Assembly: GCA_963840455.1 (NCBI GenBank)
Contig: CAWIYV010000011.1
Coordinates: 576,001-640,000, forward strand
Length of the DNA: 64,000 bases
Source of the DNA: Nitrospirota bacterium
Lineage (GTDB): Bacteria; Nitrospirota; UBA9217
Direction of reading: 5' to 3'
Shown: positions 58,401-64,000 of the stretch, in pieces
How positions within the stretch are numbered: position 1 is the stretch's first letter
Layout: each line of letters opens with the position of its first letter
Notes under the pieces: model-generated
Database searches by the model: none
What the model was told of the DNA's origin: nothing
Seen by the model: the letters and a program-made list of their open reading frames with translations, nothing else
Translations under genes and position numbers: made by a program

Positions 58401-60572
58401 CGGGATATTTTCCGCCACGAGATGGTTTTCGCCGTAACCGACCAGTAATTCCTGCCCTGCGTCTTTCTCCATAATATCCGCAGCCTGCTGGTCAACGATC
58501 CAGATAGGAAGCGGCTTTGTTTCGTCGAAACGCTCAGCAGGATCGTAGACGCGGAGCACGTATTTAAGTTCAAGTCCGGGCGCCTTGTATTCCGGGAAGG
58601 CTGGCTGCCACTCTGCGAGGCCATCTTTACCCCCCTCGATCACCGCAATGGGTTTGCCGTTTACCGACCCCTCTTTGTCAAAGATCCTGATCTCCCATCT
58701 TTTGATGAAGCCGGCGTAGTTCGTGTAGGTGCGGAACCGCATCAGGTTCTCACGATATTCCGTCTTTGGGTCGTCCTGGTAACGAATGGACAGGGGCCAG
58801 GCCGTAGCGGCGAGCCGGGGTTTCAGTTCAAGGTTGTCGAATTTGAACTCTATGTTTGCCTTGTTGAGCAATACGTCGGTACACCGTTCGATATCGGCGA
58901 TGCTCTTCCCCGGATCGTCGACCGGCTTCCCGTCCACCGTGATGCGCATGAGGTTAAGCGCAAGGGGGTCTTTTGGAGCGGCCTCACGCGTCAAGCGCGT
59001 GATATCCATCCTCTCGGTGTCGTCAAGGGACATTTGCTCGTCATATACGACCTGTACTTCTACCCGCGCCGTATCGGACCCTACGAAGCCGGTATTCACC
59101 ACGTCATCCGATTGAACAAACCCATGCCCCTCGAATTCCGCCTGCGGTTCTTTAAGACGAAGTTCTCCTTTAACGGTATCCATGGCCCGGCGGGCCCGCG
59201 CGGTCGAAAGGCCGACATCGTCCTGATACACGACCGCGGTGCGGCGCTCGAGACGTTCATTATTGGTATAACCGATGAAGCGCAGACGCACATTCGTTTT
59301 GTCTTTGATCTCGTCCATGCTGCTCCGCAAGCGTTCCAGATCTTCTGCCGTAATGACGGGCTTGCCATCTGCAATACGTATCGGCTTGATGCCGCCTGAT
59401 GGAGAATCATACACGCGGGTCACGGTTTCGGAACCGGCCGCTTCCGGGCAGAGCTGCGGTTCATCCGACTGTTCCTGCAGGGCGTCGTCATACCAAAATT
59501 CAACCTCTATACGTCTATTGAGCGCCCTGCCCTTTTCGCTGTCGTTCGATGCGATAGGGCTGGCCGCTCCCTTGCCTTCAACGTCGATCGCCGACGCTGG
59601 GATCTTAAGAGCATCCTGAACGGCCAGCGCCGCCCGGCGAGCCCGCGCTTTCGACAGACCCACCGCGTCTCCATAAATGCGCCCGGACCTGCCTGATAAC
59701 GGCAGGTTATCGGTATAACCGATGAACTTGACAACAACATGCTCTTTATTGCCCAGGTTTATAAGCGCCTGCCGTACCTTCGAAACGAACTCACCTGATA
59801 TGGCCGTCGTTTCTTCGTCGAAGCGAAGCGGTTCTACGAGATTTTTGATGCGGGCGCGCTTTGATTGCCCTTTCTTATACCGTACTTTGCAAACCGTCTC
59901 AACGCGGCACACCTTTATGCGGTTCATCTCGGAAGCGACCACCACTTCCTTGTCCACGAGCTTATCGGTGATCTCGTCGTACCAGACCTCAACTTCGACA
60001 CGCCGGTTTTGCGCTTTGCCTTGTTCGGTTATATTGCTGGCTATCGGCTTGGATTCTCCTAGGCCATCGTACGTGATGGACTCGGCCGGTAGATGGAGCG
60101 CCCTCTGGAAATATTCGGCGGTGACTCCCGCCCGCTCCCGGGACAGTGTTAGGTTGTCGCCGTACTTCTGCTTTACTTCTCCGAATAGCTGTGCATTGTC
60201 CGTATGCCCCACAAAGTGCAATCGGACGTTGTCCTTTCCTTTCATGCCGTCCAGCACGTTACGAAGCCTCTCTACGTAGCCGTTAGGTATATCCGCCTCG
60301 CCGGACGCAAAGTGGATCGGAGGGACGACGTTCTGAAGCTTGACGGTCTTGACCGCCTTTTCCATGACCTTCTTCATTTCGATCTTGTCGCCCTGTTTGC
60401 CGTCCTCATCCTTGCCCTGCCCCCATAAGGTGCGCGGCAGATCGGTGCCTTCTTGTTTCTCCACAGCCTGACCAAGAGCGGCTGGCGTAGAAACAGAGGC
60501 TGTTTCAGCGCGCGCTTGCGCTCCAGAGAGAACAAGGCACGAGATGATGATAATATGAATACGTTTAAGCAT
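55425..60572 (-). CDS. Giant protein with three OmpA-C-like domains and a C-terminal beta-barrel
   Basis: Signal peptide; three G(H/Y)T(D/N)N...LS..RA...R(V/I)EV motifs; long amphipathic beta region to the C-terminus. Confidence 0.85.
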   Translation of the reverse strand: MLKRIHIIIISCLVLSGAQARAETASVSTPAALGQAVEKQEGTDLPRTLWGQGKDEDGKQGDKIEMKKVMEKAVKTVKLQNVVPPIHFASGEADIPNGYVERLRNVLDGMKGKDNVRLHFVGHTDNAQLFGEVKQKYGDNLTLSRERAGVTAEYFQRALHLPAESITYDGLGESKPIASNITEQGKAQNRRVEVEVWYDEITDKLVDKEVVVASEMNRIKVCRVETVCKVRYKKGQSKRARIKNLVEPLRFDEETTAISGEFVSKVRQALINLGNKEHVVVKFIGYTDNLPLSGRSGRIYGDAVGLSKARARRAALAVQDALKIPASAIDVEGKGAASPIASNDSEKGRALNRRIEVEFWYDDALQEQSDEPQLCPEAAGSETVTRVYDSPSGGIKPIRIADGKPVITAEDLERLRSSMDEIKDKTNVRLRFIGYTNNERLERRTAVVYQDDVGLSTARARRAMDTVKGELRLKEPQAEFEGHGFVQSDDVVNTGFVGSDTARVEVQVVYDEQMSLDDTERMDITRLTREAAPKDPLALNLMRITVDGKPVDDPGKSIADIERCTDVLLNKANIEFKFDNLELKPRLAATAWPLSIRYQDDPKTEYRENLMRFRTYTNYAGFIKRWEIRIFDKEGSVNGKPIAVIEGGKDGLAEWQPAFPEYKAPGLELKYVLRVYDPAERFDETKPLPIWIVDQQAADIMEKDAGQELLVGYGENHLVAENIPKKGGTIKVYGSEVPAGHSVFVAGRSVPIGDEGKFVAEEILPSGLHTVEVAILDRSGNGDLFLRDLDLKKNDWFYVGIADLTIARDRTTGPADIVTKDSTHFNNELSADGRLAYYTKGKFGNGWELISSADSLEGPVKDIFRNLNNTPDALFRNINPQYFYPTYGDDSTVEDGAPTLGKFYLKMKKDDNYGLWGNFKIGYNENDLAQVDRGLYGANAHYQTPGVTGFGEKRFMMDGFAAQPGTVGTRDEFLGTGGSLYYLRHQNILTGSDRMRIEVRDKDSGLVLAVKNLTQNLDYTVDYLQGRVLLTAPLSPTANDNLIVMSEAALGNPVYLVVRYEYEPSAGDTNSMSLGGRTHVWLNDYVKLGITSTKDGDSEDPSGLSAADLTLRKSDLSWVKVETGRSKGPGLTSLTSNNGGFTFSQTCSSFTGTTANPTCQSFGSSTPVSAGAYRVDTSIGFRDIINGADGQMTLYTQSIGAGYSAPGLETATDTLQYGGTLRAPVTDRLDVAAKVDKTERQQGLTTNSSEVDLHYRLTGHWTISPGVRQDGRSDHSPVVPPTQVEGDRTDAAIRATYDSKERWRAYGFVQDTVKKTGNREDNSRLGTGGEYRVTDRFKVNGEVSSGDLGGAGKAGTEYLYSDRTSMYMNYVYDNEIPDNGIRSNKGNMVTGFKTRYSDTTSVYAEEKYTHGNVPTGLTHAAGVDIAPFDHWNFGANVDFGTLRDPITAAHLDRKAAGVRAGYSNLRLTWTAAFEYRIDRTETINPDMTTGTSDMNSWLIKTAFKYQLDPSSRLLGKLNYADSKSSLGGFYDGKYTEAVLGYGYRPVMNDRLNTLFKYTYFYNLPTVGQVTDTVTNTSAGTVTNTAADFIQKSHILSLDVMYDLTKQWAIGGKYAYRLGQVSEDRVTQKFYDSRAELFVLRVDWQFVHQWDAMVEGRVLELPDAQDKMSGVLVGIYRRLGNFLKMGIGYNLSKFSDDLTQLDYKTQGLFINLIGQI

Positions 60573-60622
60573 TATTTATTTAAAAGCGTCATGGCGGTCT
60601 TATTATCGGCGCCAGGCTCTAT

Positions 60623-63600
60623 CTATCTTTTTTCGGGAGGCGCGCCCTTCCGCCAATAGACCTCTGTCTCGACCATGAGTTGATAGAGCCCTTGCCCCCA
60701 CCTTCTAGCAATTTCGCGTTTCACCGCCTCAGTACGAGCTTTTGCAACTGCCGGGTCTTCCACGTCACCCAGATACGAGATGCGGAGGATAGAGGGGGCT
60801 TTACGCATTTCGGCGAGAAGCATCTCTATCCTTGGCTTCCACTGCTCGCGCATCTCGGTCGTTCCCGGCTCGAACGCACCGTCGGCAATGTCGAGACGGA
60901 CGACACGGTGCAGTGCCGCGCCAAAGTTGAATTTAATTGCTTTACCGCGGGTCACGCGCCTGACAAGCGGGTTATCGGTGGTGACGCGGTACCCCGTAGG
61001 CAGCGTCCGGTCATCGAGCTTCAGGATGAAGTTGCTGCCCCGGTCCTCATTGGGTATGGCGGCGCAGGTAATATGGTAACGGCCGTACTTGTCGGTCGTA
61101 GCTATAAGGCCGCGCGCGGAGACGATCCTGACCCCACCAAGGCCCTTCTCGCCTTGGTCGGGGTAGCCGTTGGCGTTCTCGTCGTCGAACACTTTGCCAA
61201 TGATGTCCGTGCAGTCCAGCGTGGGGTCGGGTACGACCCTGACCGTCGCCGTTGCCACGCCGGACACGGCTTCACCGGTAGTACCGTTCATCACCTGCGC
61301 GCTATTAACATAGTTCCCTTCCCGTACGCCTGCGCCGGCAATAAGCAAGAGCCTGATAACGTGTTGGTCTGTGCCTGCGAGCGAAACGTTGACAAAGCGA
61401 AGGTCGCGCGTCGTCATCGTCGGTTCAAGCGGTTTGCCGTCGTAACGCGCGGAGCCGCTGACGTATTTGAAGCCCGGCGGGAAGGTATCGACGATGGTCG
61501 CGTTCGGGAACGGCGCGCCCAATGTATTCTTGACCGTGATCGTGTACGGCACCATTCCGCCTTTTGTCACGTTGGGGAGCAATGCCGTCTTCGTGATAGA
61601 GAATGCGGCGTTAAGCGGCGGGTCTGCCGGAACATGGTTATTGAATAGTTCCACGCTCCCCGGGCCTGCGTTACTGAGCGTAAAATGGAGATAATATTTT
61701 GTCCCTGCCGAACCCGCGGCGACACTCGTTGCCGGCGCGAACTCGGATGGCTGCGCTTCGCAATAGGTCAAGGTTGCCGGGATGGCATCATCGACCGTGC
61801 CGGGACAACCCGGCACCGAGAACGACGCGGTAGCACCGGTTGTTGTGGGCGGAATGAGCTGGGACGGCATGGGGCCGTATCCGGAAGCCGGCGGTGTCAC
61901 CTGGATAAGGTAGTCGGCGCCCGACGGGCAGGACGGGTCGCTGAAGTTCATGTCGAACTTGTAATAGCCCGTTGCCATGGTCACCTGGTTCTGCTGCGCG
62001 GGGTCATCGAAACAGGCGGAAGGAAGCACGCCATTCGTCGATGCGCGAAGCATGGTAACGGTGGCGCCCGCGATGGGAGTACGGAGGACGGAGTTATAGA
62101 CCACGCCGTTCGGGTCGATAGGCAGGTCAAGGTTCTGGAGATTGCTGCCTGACGCTGCCGTGATGCCGGTGATGCGCTGGAGACCATTGGTGAACGCCGA
62201 GGATGCGAGCCCCAAAAGCGCTGTTGTCGCAGTGGCCCCGGGCGCACGGAACCGGACCTCATACTGGTCGGCAGGCGTCGTCGTGGGCGCCAAGCCGTTT
62301 ATTCTGTACGTTCCGTAGCTATCGGTTACCACGTAACCTAAAAGAGTGCCGCTCCGGTAAATCTGGACCGTCCACCCGGAAAGCGTCCTTTCACCGCTAT
62401 CGGCCGTATTGTTGAAATTTGCGTCATGCCAGAGGCGGCCGTTCATTGCGGCGCTTCCAGGCGTACCGCCTATGTCAACTGATGCGGAGGCAGAGGCGGA
62501 TTGAGCAGGCGTGTTCCATGTGACCTGCGCGGTATTGGTAACCGTTGTCCCGATAACACCCGATGCGATATCTGCGCGGAACCTGAGCACGGCCGTCCCG
62601 TTCGAAGGCAGATTCCCATAGACCGCTGCGTAATTGGCCGTAATGACCGCTCCGGCGACATAGACCCCGGCGCTCGATCCATTGAGCAATGCCGAACCAA
62701 CCACGTAGGAAAGCTGGGCAGGCAGAGTATCGGTTATAACCACGTTGGTCGCGGGCACCGCGCCGATATTGGTCACTTGCACCACATATTCGAGCTCTGA
62801 GCCGATATTGGCCGTCCCGCCGCCAACAACGGCGACCTGCTTGGTTATCGTTACCTGCTGGCCGTTACCAACGACGACAAGGGTCGGCTGGTAACCGTTT
62901 GATGGGTTGCCGTCCGAATCGGTCAAAAGCGTTGGCAGTTCTGTGTTGATTACACTGCCCTGGTTGCTGATTATGGTGCCAGAAGGAACGCCTGCGTTCA
63001 CCCGGACGCTGAACATGACAGTCGCTGCTGCTCCGGGAGACAATATGCCGGCCCCGGTTCCCGGAAGCGGCGGCGTCCTGTCAGAAGAACTGACCGGGAG
63101 ACCGCCAATAAGAGGAGAGCCGCCACTATCGGATACGGCGATGCCGTTAAGGATCACAGAGTTAGCGACATACGTCGTATTCAGAGGCACCAAGTCCGTC
63201 AAAACGACGTTCGTTGCCGGCGTAGCCCCGGAATTGCTGACCGTTATGGTGTAGCGGAGCACATCGCCTGGATCAACGATCCCCGGAGTTCCATTGTCGA
63301 CGGCGATTGCGACTGATTTCTGCGCGTACAGAAGCGGCATGTTGCCGACCACCCTGCAGGTAGGATCACCTGCCGCAGGGGTGGCCGGGTTGTCGGTAGG
63401 CTGTTCAGGGAAGGGACCGCTGCCCGCTCCGGAGCCGGAGACAAAGCCCTGGTTGCAAATGGCCGACCCATTTATAAGGCCGGGGCTTACGACGGCATCT
63501 AACGTGACAGTTCCCACATTGCTCGTCGCAGAGGTAGCGTCGGCGCGCATGGCGCCGGCCGCCGCGTTCTCGGGTGCATGCACGAGCATGCCGTTTTGGA

Positions 63601-64000
63601 CCGGCGACACGCCGGGTGCGGGGTCGCTTACAGCCGTCCCGTTAAGTTTGGTGCTGTTTGCAACGTATGTTGTATTTGCCGGTATCTGGTCCCGAAGAGA
63701 CACTCCCATCGCGTTCTCGGTGCCGATGTTCTTGACCGTGATCGTGTAACGGACGGTATCCCCCGCCATCAAGACGGCCGGGTCGCCCGTCATGTCCTGC
63801 GCCGTTTTCTGGATGCGAAACGCCGGTGCGGAGGAGATCACGGTTCGTGTCGGGTCTTCATCACCCTGTATCGCGGGATTGTCGGCACCGTTGACGTTGG
63901 GATCGTCGCTGTCACTGAAAAGGATGCCGGATACCGTAAGTTGAGCCTGGTCTAAAACGACCGTACCGTTAGTGATCACGGGAACCAGCCTCGCGTCGAA
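60623..64000 (-). CDS. Large DUF11-repeat / SdrD-B-like surface protein, 5' end outside the window
   Basis: Frame is open to the window edge; four YTITVxN / YVVQVTN repeats, GKVFDDENANG, degenerate OmpA-like C-terminus. Confidence 0.88.
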   Translation of the reverse strand, partial: FDARLVPVITNGTVVLDQAQLTVSGILFSDSDDPNVNGADNPAIQGDEDPTRTVISSAPAFRIQKTAQDMTGDPAVLMAGDTVRYTITVKNIGTENAMGVSLRDQIPANTTYVANSTKLNGTAVSDPAPGVSPVQNGMLVHAPENAAAGAMRADATSATSNVGTVTLDAVVSPGLINGSAICNQGFVSGSGAGSGPFPEQPTDNPATPAAGDPTCRVVGNMPLLYAQKSVAIAVDNGTPGIVDPGDVLRYTITVSNSGATPATNVVLTDLVPLNTTYVANSVILNGIAVSDSGGSPLIGGLPVSSSDRTPPLPGTGAGILSPGAAATVMFSVRVNAGVPSGTIISNQGSVINTELPTLLTDSDGNPSNGYQPTLVVVGNGQQVTITKQVAVVGGGTANIGSELEYVVQVTNIGAVPATNVVITDTLPAQLSYVVGSALLNGSSAGVYVAGAVITANYAAVYGNLPSNGTAVLRFRADIASGVIGTTVTNTAQVTWNTPAQSASASASVDIGGTPGSAAMNGRLWHDANFNNTADSGERTLSGWTVQIYRSGTLLGYVVTDSYGTYRINGLAPTTTPADQYEVRFRAPGATATTALLGLASSAFTNGLQRITGITAASGSNLQNLDLPIDPNGVVYNSVLRTPIAGATVTMLRASTNGVLPSACFDDPAQQNQVTMATGYYKFDMNFSDPSCPSGADYLIQVTPPASGYGPMPSQLIPPTTTGATASFSVPGCPGTVDDAIPATLTYCEAQPSEFAPATSVAAGSAGTKYYLHFTLSNAGPGSVELFNNHVPADPPLNAAFSITKTALLPNVTKGGMVPYTITVKNTLGAPFPNATIVDTFPPGFKYVSGSARYDGKPLEPTMTTRDLRFVNVSLAGTDQHVIRLLLIAGAGVREGNYVNSAQVMNGTTGEAVSGVATATVRVVPDPTLDCTDIIGKVFDDENANGYPDQGEKGLGGVRIVSARGLIATTDKYGRYHITCAAIPNEDRGSNFILKLDDRTLPTGYRVTTDNPLVRRVTRGKAIKFNFGAALHRVVRLDIADGAFEPGTTEMREQWKPRIEMLLAEMRKAPSILRISYLGDVEDPAVAKARTEAVKREIARRWGQGLYQLMVETEVYWRKGAPPEKR

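Overview
Bacterial window, almost all genes on the minus strand; gene content resembles Nitrospirota/deltaproteobacterial anaerobes (inference only). 1-10.6 kb is GC-rich, core-like DNA: P-type ATPase, biotin carboxylase / beta-carbonic anhydrase / divergent carboxyltransferase-BCCP operon, DUF438-hemerythrin-PAS protein, thioesterase. From about 10.8 kb onward it is mosaic accessory DNA divided by three copies (plus one partial copy) of an att-like element. That element has a core matching the tmRNA 3' end, a conserved hairpin and TACCCC direct repeats, and no integrase is visible in the window. Cargo: (i) an ECF sigma / CBM48 anti-sigma locus with three copies of a candidate cognate promoter driving Met-rich envelope proteins; (ii) an ABC / LolA-like / beta-barrel / secreted FmdE module; (iii) an arsenic and thiol-redox cluster (arsR, acr3, arsM, two ArsP-type permeases, ccdA, thioredoxins) with an unannotated probable selenoprotein and several eroded genes; (iv) an OmcS-like cytochrome relic, an SLT gene and a 14-Kelch lipoprotein; (v) a lone asmA-family gene between two att copies; (vi) an Agl-Glt-like motor/TPR cluster co-oriented with a giant OmpA/beta-barrel protein and a DUF11 adhesin. 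All calls come from motif recognition by eye; no database searches were run.
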